Source: a virus
Virus record (IMG/VR): IMGVR_UViG_3300027659_000010
DNA: 64,000 bases
Direction: 5' to 3' (one strand)
Positions within the stretch are counted from its first letter, which is position 1; every line of letters begins with the position of its first letter. The notes beneath the pieces were generated by a model, which had not been told where the DNA came from, searched no databases, and worked only from the letters and a program-made list of their open reading frames with translations. Below, one piece after another: positions 56,199 through 64,000 of this stretch. Made by a program: the position numbers and the translations under genes.

Positions 56199-57780
56199 CG
56201 TAGGCTACATCAAAAGAGATGCTGCCTGTTAGGCCTGTGGCCAGAGGATTCTTATATGATAATACCACAGTTTCAATACCGCTGTCACCAGCGTTGCCTT
56301 TGAGTGTGGCGTTGAATTCAAAATTAGTCATGGTAGGTCCTCCTAGAGCTGTGACAAGGTTTGGTGAATAGGTATAGTTGTCAGTGAAACTGATATTAGT
56401 AATGTCATCAATCCCTGCGAGGTCATCACCGATGGCCATTTGCAGAATGCCAAATCTGATGTGTCCGCCTAGTCGCAGGCAGTAATTGATCACTGTGAAT
56501 TTGCTCAGTGCAGAAAACACAGCCAGAGGTTGGAAGCTGTCGCTGAGATAGATCAGTGCGTAATTTCTATCTACAAAACTAACGTTGGCTGCATTATAAA
56601 CTTCTACGAAAGAACCTTTGGTATCCACTGAGGTCATACCTGCAGCCTGTTGGCGATCACTAGAACAGTTGAGCACCACATTGCCTATCTGCTCGCCAAA
56701 ATACACCATCACGTCATCTGGATTGGCAGCGGTGTTGGTGCCGTTGGCTACGTTTTTAAATTTTGATCGATTGATAGTAGTACCTTGACCGTTGGTGGAT
56801 CTAAATGCTTGGCGATCAATTTCTTCAAACACACAATCATATATGGTCCAATTGTTGCCCTGTGTGGCTAATCCATCGATGTATATGGCAGTGTCATTGA
56901 CAAAGAAACGTGAATTTTCAAATTTGATGTCTGTGTCGAACACGGCAGTCTGGCGGCATTTTACAGCTAGACTTACACCTTCGAATGTGCAGTCTCTAAA
57001 TAGGATATTATCAGTCCTGGTACCTATCAATGTGTTTTCCCAAAATACCGCAGCAGGTTCAGAGCCCAATGATGCCACTGCTGTGCCTAATACGTAGGTG
57101 CCAAGAAAATTTAATTTTGATAATACAGAATTAGCAACTCCCGACAACACGATCTGTCCTGTGGTTCTCGATATGGTGAGGTTTGAGATATCTATATTCT
57201 GAGGTCTATTGGTGCTGTTGAAGTCTAGGAGTTCTAGTCCTGTGCTGGTGATGAAACGAATATTATTTGCGCCTATGTTTAACACCACACCATGCCGAGT
57301 TTCACCTTGCAGAATTACTCCTGAAGGCAATGCGAGATCACTGGTGAATAGATATTCGCCGTTGGGTACTACTAGAACTTTTTTATAATTGGTGTTGGCG
57401 TTACGGAACAACTGTGTGGCTGCTGTTTCAAAGGCCGCGACACAGTCTGTGGAACCGTCACCTATGGCTCCAAAATCTCTTACACTGACATGAGTTTCAT
57501 CTATTTTATTCTGTAAAGACCTCGGAACGCTGAGAGTAATTGATGTATTATCGTTGGCAAATCTATAGCTGGCCGCAAGATCCAAGATGTTGTCGTGTTC
57601 TGTAAGGATCTTGGTGTTGCCTACATAAGGTGCACCTTCCAGCACACTGCCGTTGCCTATGAATAATTCTTGTGAATCTATAGCCCACGCAAACTCAGCT
57701 GAACTCAGTTGAGGTATTCCACTGTTTGAGTTTTTTTGCCCTCTGCGGACTTGAATTTTCGATATTTGGACAACGGCCAC
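56191..57780 (-). CDS. tail/baseplate protein with pectate-lyase-like beta-helix
   Basis: QISKIQVRRG...ELFIGNG; SVRDFGAIGDG..D; P.GEY. Confidence 0.75.
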   Translation of the reverse strand: MAVVQISKIQVRRGQKNSNSGIPQLSSAEFAWAIDSQELFIGNGSVLEGAPYVGNTKILTEHDNILDLAASYRFANDNTSITLSVPRSLQNKIDETHVSVRDFGAIGDGSTDCVAAFETAATQLFRNANTNYKKVLVVPNGEYLFTSDLALPSGVILQGETRHGVVLNIGANNIRFITSTGLELLDFNSTNRPQNIDISNLTISRTTGQIVLSGVANSVLSKLNFLGTYVLGTAVASLGSEPAAVFWENTLIGTRTDNILFRDCTFEGVSLAVKCRQTAVFDTDIKFENSRFFVNDTAIYIDGLATQGNNWTIYDCVFEEIDRQAFRSTNGQGTTINRSKFKNVANGTNTAANPDDVMVYFGEQIGNVVLNCSSDRQQAAGMTSVDTKGSFVEVYNAANVSFVDRNYALIYLSDSFQPLAVFSALSKFTVINYCLRLGGHIRFGILQMAIGDDLAGIDDITNISFTDNYTYSPNLVTALGGPTMTNFEFNATLKGNAGDSGIETVVLSYKNPLATGLTGSISFDVAYGV

Positions 57781-57817
57781 GGTATTCTCCTAGAAACTTC
57801 TATTCCTAGTATTTAGC

Positions 57818-58516
57818 TTATCGTAGGCTGTAATACTCTTCTACTTTGTTCAACCAGGCGTCCTGCCACTTATTAAAGTCTTTGGGTTCTAATGTGAACT
57901 GTTGATATTCAAAAGCACGGCTGCACATAAAAATAACGCCCTTGCGTATGTCTGTGCCGTAGACTTCATTATGTGCTAGTATATAGGCCATCAGTTGTAG
58001 ATAATAATCTTCTACCCATTCTGCTTTTTTTGGCTTGTTGGTCTGCTTGTGATCCATTACTGCAGGTTCGCCATCATGCACACCTACAAGATCAGTGGTG
58101 CCTGAGAACAATCCCGGAAAGTATAGACTCTGCTCCATGGCCCACACTTCGTTGACTTTGCTGAGACCGTTTTCAATTATTACATCAGCCATTTTGTTGG
58201 CCTGCACATGCACAGGATTGTTACCGGGTTGCCGCTGTTCGCCAACGATAAATCGTTCGAGGTTAGCATGCATGGCTGTGCCCACGCCAGCAGCTTCTGT
58301 GGTTATCTGCTGAGCCTTGGCATGACCTATGCGATTTTTCCATTCATTGAGATGCGTCATGTCTTTGGTAGCACTCAATATAGTTGTCACTGACGGAAGG
58401 CTTTCTCCATCAGGAGTTAGATACACACGTTTCCGTGTAATAGGATCATTGACCTGGATACAGTTTTTATATTGATATCGTTCGACGAACGGTGGTGGTG
58501 TGTAAGATGTAGTCAT
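57818..58516 (-). CDS. PD-(D/E)xK exonuclease
   Basis: PSVTTIL, GT.MH..LE, GTTD, DHKQ, YYLQL.AY. Confidence 0.85.
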   Translation of the reverse strand: MTTSYTPPPFVERYQYKNCIQVNDPITRKRVYLTPDGESLPSVTTILSATKDMTHLNEWKNRIGHAKAQQITTEAAGVGTAMHANLERFIVGEQRQPGNNPVHVQANKMADVIIENGLSKVNEVWAMEQSLYFPGLFSGTTDLVGVHDGEPAVMDHKQTNKPKKAEWVEDYYLQLMAYILAHNEVYGTDIRKGVIFMCSRAFEYQQFTLEPKDFNKWQDAWLNKVEEYYSLR

Positions 58517-58545
58517 ATCCTGTATATATTAACAGAATACGTTGA

Positions 58546-58917
58546 TTATGTCAAACTTTGCGTTAGATTTTGAGCAGCCGCACCCGCTGCGATCTTATCT
58601 ACAGCGTCCTGACTGGTTTGTCCTTGACTCACTGGAGTTTCGGTATCCTTGTCAGTACCTGGTACATTGAGTTCTATGCCGTCGGCATTGAAGTTCTTTA
58701 CCAAACCCTGTATCACTGGACTAGAATCATACATGCTCTTAAAAGTTTCGTAGTCTGCGCCCATTTCAAATCCGCTGTCTGTGGCGATTTTCTGCAGAGC
58801 TGACCAATTCAATTTGGCAGCTTGTTTTTTGCTGGCGGCACGACCGATGAAGTTTTTTAGGATCATGACAAATTTGTCTAGTCCTAGGTCAGTGTCTACG
58901 AATTCAAAGAATCTCAT
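58546..58917 (-). CDS. hypothetical virion protein
   Basis: MRFFEF N-terminus. Confidence 0.7.
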   Translation of the reverse strand: MRFFEFVDTDLGLDKFVMILKNFIGRAASKKQAAKLNWSALQKIATDSGFEMGADYETFKSMYDSSPVIQGLVKNFNADGIELNVPGTDKDTETPVSQGQTSQDAVDKIAAGAAAQNLTQSLT

Positions 58918-59357
58918 TTTATTTGTGTTAGCTGTTGTTGTAGAGCCTGTAGCTCTGCCTGTTTCTGTTTGATCTGATCCTGGACTTCTTTCTTGGCAAC
59001 GGCCACTTGTTGAGCCTGTGCTGCAGGATCCGTAGCGCCACCTTCTAATCCGCCTAAATTTGCTGCTCTTCCTATTTGTCCTGCTACATTTGCTGCTCTT
59101 CCTATTTGTCCTGCTACATTTGCACCTTTTGAAACGACATTGCCTACAGCCTTGGCTCCTTGCGATGCTACATTGCTCACAGCTTTTGCACCTTGAGACA
59201 CTGCACTGCCAACACCTTTGGCAAGAGCGGCACCACCCCTTACAGCCGCATTACCCAATGCAGCTGCACCTCGCGCCACACCTCCCGCGACTGCGCCCAG
59301 TGCAGGCAAGATTTCGTCTAGCTGTTTGTCGTTGCTGGCTATTTCGTTGAGTCTCAT
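58914..59357 (-). CDS. Ala/Gly-rich virion-internal-type protein
   Basis: QLDEI motif; 30-bp direct repeat 59058-59117. Confidence 0.7.
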   Translation of the reverse strand: MRLNEIASNDKQLDEILPALGAVAGGVARGAAALGNAAVRGGAALAKGVGSAVSQGAKAVSNVASQGAKAVGNVVSKGANVAGQIGRAANVAGQIGRAANLGGLEGGATDPAAQAQQVAVAKKEVQDQIKQKQAELQALQQQLTQIK

Positions 59358-60793
59358 TATCCTGCCAACACTCTTAGTAGGTTGCTGCTGCGGTCAATGC
59401 TTTCACGCTGTTCACGACCTGCATCGCCCATACCGGCTGCTGGTTCTGCGGCAGCAAACTCATCATCACCACCTAGTTCTTCACCACCTGCATTCATTGC
59501 GTCTGGTTCAACCGGTCCCATTTCGTCACTACCAGCCATGTCTGCGCCTGGTTCCATACCCAGCATTTCTGCACCTTGTTCTTCGCCAGTGAGCATACGC
59601 ACACCTGTGGCTAGAGTTTCACGTGTGGTCTTGAGATTTTCTAAGGCCTGTTGAATAGCTGGTGCCACTGAACTGATAAATGTCTTGGCCTGTTCTTGAC
59701 TCATCTCATCACGGATTGAATCACCTAGTTGCAGCAGTGTGTCGTTTTCCATGCCTGATAGTTCTTCAATCCAACGGCTCACTCTGTCAACCATGGTCTT
59801 TGCTGTAACGATAGCGGAAGCTTGTTGTACTTCGCCTTCTCTTAAATTACTCATACTTTCTCCTTGTGTTCTTTGTATGCTTTCTGTGGCAGGTGCCCCA
59901 GTTACATTTACTTCCCATTTCTTGCCAGTGGACTCGCTCTTTTTAGCCGCCCAGTCCTTGAGTTGGTAATAATGTTTTCTTTCAGCTGAGTCGTCGGCAT
60001 ACTGGCCGCGACCCTTGAATACTTTCCACTGCTTGCCGTTGATACTAACAGCAAAGTTGTTTGGTGGTTCTGTGTTGCCTTCGTCGTTTTCTCTTTCTCT
60101 GCGGCCCATGCCACTGACACTGCTGTCATAATCTCGTTGGTAGGCATCTCGTCCACCTTCGTTATTAACACTTTCGTAGTCTTCATCGCTACCAAAGCCA
60201 GCTGATGAAAGAGCGTAGGCATCATCAGTTTCGCCACCTTCGTCATCGTCCCCGCCTTGGGCAAGTTCTTGAAACTCTGCCTCTAGATCATCCATGTAGT
60301 CGTCCATGTTACGGAGTTCGCCACCGTCTTGATCAGAGTATGAACCATATACCTCATCTAATGCACCTTCCACATCACCCTGTCGCAGCAATGACGCAAT
60401 ACCTTCTATGTCTGGATCTCCGTAGCCGCCAATTTCAAGCATGTCTTCGTCGAACTGTTTCATAATTTTTACGACTTCTTCTTCGATCGACCCAAACCCC
60501 TCTTCAACTTCTGCAGGACCTGCATCTGCTATGAATTCCTCACGTTCTGCGATTTCAGCATTGATAGCATCCAACATCCACTGTGCCTTAGTCATTGCTT
60601 CGTTTTCGATGTTTTCATTGAATCCGCTTTGGCTGCGGGCATCGTGAATCTGTGTACGCAGTTTGTTGCGGGCATCTTCCAGCTTGGGTAGATCAAAAGA
60701 TTCAAGATTTAATCTTTGGCCAAAGGTCTTTTCAATGCTTTCATTGATGCGTTCAGCTGATCTATTGAATCTAAAAAGGTCTGTGGTTTTCAT
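59357..60793 (-). CDS. acidic prohead core/scaffold-like protein
   Basis: acidic, modular, many L/I-x-E sites. Confidence 0.55.
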   Translation of the reverse strand: MKTTDLFRFNRSAERINESIEKTFGQRLNLESFDLPKLEDARNKLRTQIHDARSQSGFNENIENEAMTKAQWMLDAINAEIAEREEFIADAGPAEVEEGFGSIEEEVVKIMKQFDEDMLEIGGYGDPDIEGIASLLRQGDVEGALDEVYGSYSDQDGGELRNMDDYMDDLEAEFQELAQGGDDDEGGETDDAYALSSAGFGSDEDYESVNNEGGRDAYQRDYDSSVSGMGRRERENDEGNTEPPNNFAVSINGKQWKVFKGRGQYADDSAERKHYYQLKDWAAKKSESTGKKWEVNVTGAPATESIQRTQGESMSNLREGEVQQASAIVTAKTMVDRVSRWIEELSGMENDTLLQLGDSIRDEMSQEQAKTFISSVAPAIQQALENLKTTRETLATGVRMLTGEEQGAEMLGMEPGADMAGSDEMGPVEPDAMNAGGEELGGDDEFAAAEPAAGMGDAGREQRESIDRSSNLLRVLAG

Positions 60794-60827
60794 AGTTTTA
60801 AGGGTCCAGATTTTATAGTGTATTTAT

Positions 60828-61253
60828 TCAGAATTTGGTCAAAGAGTCTGCGAGATTTTTAGCAGCCACGGTGCGATCTCGACTTGCTGTGTACCGAGCC
60901 CACAGTATGTCTGCACGGTCATGATCTCCGGAATCTTTGGCCTTTTGATATTGGCTACGCAGCAGTTGGCTGTCCACAAACCAACGACCGTAGTCTTGAT
61001 CTGCGGCATAGATGCGATCTATAATCAGAGAGCTTTGTCGCAGGCACAAGAGATTGGCCATGCGAATAGCCACTGCATTGAGGTGTATTTCTCTGTAGAC
61101 GATCTCTCCACCACGCAGGAGATTTTTCATATGACCCTGACTCTGTATCAGTATATCACCTACGAGAATGCCTTCCGTGGTTCGAACTGGTATGGGATTT
61201 TGCAGCAGCTCTTTGCGGACTATGTGTTCTAGCCGCTGGCTTATTCTTGTCAT
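60828..61253 (-). CDS. hypothetical protein
   Basis: ORF. Confidence 0.7.
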   Translation of the reverse strand: MTRISQRLEHIVRKELLQNPIPVRTTEGILVGDILIQSQGHMKNLLRGGEIVYREIHLNAVAIRMANLLCLRQSSLIIDRIYAADQDYGRWFVDSQLLRSQYQKAKDSGDHDRADILWARYTASRDRTVAAKNLADSLTKF

Positions 61254-61290
61254 AAAAGGACCTCTGGTCCTTTATTTAAATGCTGTTATT

Positions 61291-61611
61291 TCATGCTCCG
61301 AAGAACTTGAGTATGGTCTGTAGATTCAGCTGTCCAGTCCAACCTAGCCCAGCTATAAACGCCATGCCTACCATGCCATACATCATCATCTTGTTCTTGC
61401 TTTTTTCTAGCTCGTTGAGTTTTTTGCCTAGTTCTGCATGCTGTGTGCAAGAGGCGTCGTACATGTGATTTAATTTCTCAGTGAGTCCGTCACGAGTTTT
61501 ATCCAGACAGTCGTGGAGATCTTTGACATCAACTTTTAGTTCATCTAGTTTTTCGTCAAGATTCGCAACCTGCGTTTCTACTATTCCAACACGTTCTGCT
61601 ACCGTAGGCAT
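61291..61611 (-). CDS. coiled-coil protein with C-terminal TM helix
   Basis: heptads then hydrophobic tail. Confidence 0.7.
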   Translation of the reverse strand: MPTVAERVGIVETQVANLDEKLDELKVDVKDLHDCLDKTRDGLTEKLNHMYDASCTQHAELGKKLNELEKSKNKMMMYGMVGMAFIAGLGWTGQLNLQTILKFFGA

Positions 61612-61711
61612 TAGGGCCGTCTCCAATGTAATAAGTCAAGTGCTCGCTCCGAGCCATGTGCCTATGATATGATTGAATGCCTAATGGTTTGCCTTGATAA
61701 TATATTTATGT

Positions 61712-62107
61712 TCAGGGGCTAATTTTAGTTACCCAAATATTAGTGTTATCACCTCGGCTTCTAAACACAGCAGGGGTTAGTTCCACGGTGTTATTTAGCT
61801 GATCAACTATGGGCACACCATCAAGATCATCAACTAACAGAGCTACAGGATCGCCTTGGGCTAGAAACACGTCTTCACGTTCTGCGTCGAACTGCCAGAT
61901 CCAATGTGTGGCCTTGCCTGGTCCTATAGGCAGCCTACCGTCATGCAGTTCAGGGTCTCGGAGCCAAGTGACATTCGAGCGCATGCCGATGGCCTGCACG
62001 AGACTATTAAAATTAGCCTGTTGTCCTAGTTTGACTCGGTCAGTTTCATCTCGTACTGGATTAGTTCGAGTTATATCGACCACTGTAATGATTTGATAGC
62101 GTGCCAT
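61712..62107 (-). CDS. hypothetical protein
   Basis: TVVDITRT...QQANF motif. Confidence 0.7.
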   Translation of the reverse strand: MARYQIITVVDITRTNPVRDETDRVKLGQQANFNSLVQAIGMRSNVTWLRDPELHDGRLPIGPGKATHWIWQFDAEREDVFLAQGDPVALLVDDLDGVPIVDQLNNTVELTPAVFRSRGDNTNIWVTKISP

Positions 62108-62143
62108 AATATGCTAGTATTTACATTCTAAATCTCCAGCCAA

Positions 62144-62168
62144 CAAAAAAGGACCTTTCGGTCCTTTT
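62144..62168. terminator. intrinsic terminator
   Basis: AAAAGGACC-tttc-GGTCCTTTT. Confidence 0.8.
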
Positions 62169-62196
62169 ATGCTTCCCATCCCTGAGAATTAACTAA

Positions 62197-62613
62197 TTAC
62201 AGTGCTGGTGCAAAGTGTGCTTCAACAGATACAGTAAATGTACCTGAACCACCGCCTGTAGCACCTTCTGCTGCTGACTTGATATCAGCTACTGTAAGGT
62301 TACCAGTACCTTGGCAACGTAGGAATACTGTTGCTGTTGTACCGCTAACAAAAGCTGCACCTGCTGCTGTTCCAACTGCTGCTACTGTGAAAGCAGAATC
62401 ACCTGTACCAGCAGAACCTTGACTTCTTGTGATTTCGCTGATAGCTGCACTTAATTCTGCATCGTTAATTGTACTGTCTGATGCAATTTTAACAATCAGC
62501 TCACGTCCAGCATCGGACTGGCTGATTCTGTGTTTATATGCGTTTGCACCAAATGTTGCTACTGTTGCACCTGCGTTGTCGACTGTTTCTACTCTACTTA
62601 ATACGTCTGCCAT
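62197..62613 (-). CDS. probable abundant structural (decoration-type) protein
   Basis: strong SD, biased codons, own terminator. Confidence 0.6.
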   Translation of the reverse strand: MADVLSRVETVDNAGATVATFGANAYKHRISQSDAGRELIVKIASDSTINDAELSAAISEITRSQGSAGTGDSAFTVAAVGTAAGAAFVSGTTATVFLRCQGTGNLTVADIKSAAEGATGGGSGTFTVSVEAHFAPAL

Positions 62614-62713
62614 GATATGTTCTCCTTAATCAATGACCTCGCTCAGAGGCCGGCAATAATAAAGAATCACCTGATTCTTGTATAGTATTTAGTCATTTTG
62701 GCAAAAACCGTGG

Positions 62714-63811
62714 TTAATCGGCTCTAAACGGAGTCCAACGATCTCTAGGCACTAGTTTTGAACCGCCTGCCACATAGCCTTCACCGCCTGGTTTGCCGCC
62801 TGTGGTGGCTGTGATTTCACCTTCGGCAGCATCCAGCTCACGGATCACTTCATCTTTGGCTGACATGATTTCTCTCACTAACTGGAACAGCAGATCCATG
62901 ACTCCTGGATGACGTTCGCTGTGCGCTGCGATCTTCTGAGCTTTGGCAGGAGTTTTACCCACAAAGTTCATGAACGCTTCTGTGTTTATGTTGTCTAACT
63001 GTTTGGCCTTGCTCTGAGTATTCACGAAAGTATAGATTTCTGACTGTAGATAGCCCATGCCTGTGACAGGAGCCAGGAGGCTGTTGATCTTTGGTTGGTT
63101 CTTGGCCAAAGCTTCTATCTTGGCTAGATTAGCTGCACCTACAGCTGGTCTATGGCTGACTGCTGTGAGTCCAAACACCTGCAGTGCAGGAGTGTTATTA
63201 AACAGTTCTGCATCATCAAAGTCTTCACCACTCTTGTCTCCGAAATAACTGAATACCTTATGTGCGGCCACAGCCACCTTGGCATCTGCCAGTGCTCGCC
63301 CTGTGTCGCTGTTGATCATAACAGAGTAAGTGGTTTGATTAGGAGTAAATGAAATGCGACCATCTGCACCTGTGTAGGACTTGCCTGGGTGGAACAGGAT
63401 GTCTCCGTAGACATAACCACGCCAATCTTGAGGAGTTGCTGCTTCAAATATGGGCCACAGTGCTGCCATGTCTGAGGCAAATCGTTCACGCCAGTCTTCA
63501 CCCTTGCCGCGACTCATGATAAACTGTTTGAGTTCTTCTGGACTCGAGCTCTTGCCTTCTTCACGACCCCAGTTGTTTTTACCTACCAACCTAAATTCAC
63601 CATCGTCTTCACGACCCCAATACACTGTGGGATTACCGTCCCATTTAATGGTGATGCTGGTTTCGGGTTTAGCTAGATCTTTCAGTATCTGTATGGCCTT
63701 GACTGCGCCATTGGATTCAGTGAACACCAGATCCTCAAGGTGGTTGAATTCTCTGCCCACCTTTTTAGGAGCAGGTGCTTCATCTTCTAATAAAAGTTCC
63801 CAGAATCTCAT
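62714..63811 (-). CDS. KxDG nucleotidyltransferase/ligase-fold protein (DUF6267-like)
   Basis: HLEDL, TIKWDG.P, GD.LF, FTPN, GEGYV...KLV.R. Confidence 0.6.
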   Translation of the reverse strand: MRFWELLLEDEAPAPKKVGREFNHLEDLVFTESNGAVKAIQILKDLAKPETSITIKWDGNPTVYWGREDDGEFRLVGKNNWGREEGKSSSPEELKQFIMSRGKGEDWRERFASDMAALWPIFEAATPQDWRGYVYGDILFHPGKSYTGADGRISFTPNQTTYSVMINSDTGRALADAKVAVAAHKVFSYFGDKSGEDFDDAELFNNTPALQVFGLTAVSHRPAVGAANLAKIEALAKNQPKINSLLAPVTGMGYLQSEIYTFVNTQSKAKQLDNINTEAFMNFVGKTPAKAQKIAAHSERHPGVMDLLFQLVREIMSAKDEVIRELDAAEGEITATTGGKPGGEGYVAGGSKLVPRDRWTPFRAD

Positions 63812-64000
63812 CGTACTATGTCAATCATTCTGCGCATCCAACCAATTGTTCCTGGTTGATAGCTTTCTACCGCGGCTTTGGCAGGTAGCTCAATGCCCTG
63901 TTTGCCCAAGGTTTCTCTGGCACCTGAGACCAATTCATCGTAGTTCGGTAGTTTGATTATGTAGTCTAGAATGTTGTCCACACTGCGTATATCTTTGACT
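63808..64000 (-). CDS. C-terminal part of a protein truncated by window edge
   Basis: open frame ...ESYQPGTIGWMRRMIDIVR*. Confidence 0.7.
   Translation of the reverse strand, partial: VKDIRSVDNILDYIIKLPNYDELVSGARETLGKQGIELPAKAAVESYQPGTIGWMRRMIDIVR

Overview
This is a 64-kb segment of a large (jumbo) T4-like tailed-phage genome. Nearly all genes lie on the minus strand and the code appears to be standard code 11. The host is probably a Betaproteobacterium, inferred from DnaK, IscU, CspA, PqqA and the tmRNA tag. Contents, left to right: (i) an AT-rich plus-strand cassette for nucleotide-sugar and modification enzymes; (ii) a fibre protein and phosphatases; (iii) a 32-gene tRNA array (5.9-13.0 kb) covering all 20 amino acids, interleaved with atypical tRNAs, structured spacers, rpoZ and a B12 radical-SAM gene; (iv) clpP and many small early genes; (v) a CsgF/CsgG/curlin-like/FecR/autotransporter/CHASE2-cyclase module plus a cytochrome c; (vi) heme oxygenase and bilin reductase, clpS, hsp20, dnaK and rpsU; (vii) lipoproteins, a cell-wall hydrolase with a structured leader, a hidden pqqA, rubrerythrin, an OMP, a permuted two-piece tmRNA and cspA; (viii) nrdA-erpA-iscU-iscA-sod-nrdB-grx; (ix) virion genes. 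The best candidate for a new system heads the tRNA array: an unannotated 47-codon leader ORF using all 20 amino acids and 33 different codons, coupled to mutually exclusive antiterminator and terminator hairpins. It looks like a ribosome-based attenuator that surveys the tRNA pool and switches on phage tRNAs when translation stalls. All calls were made by eye, with no database searches.
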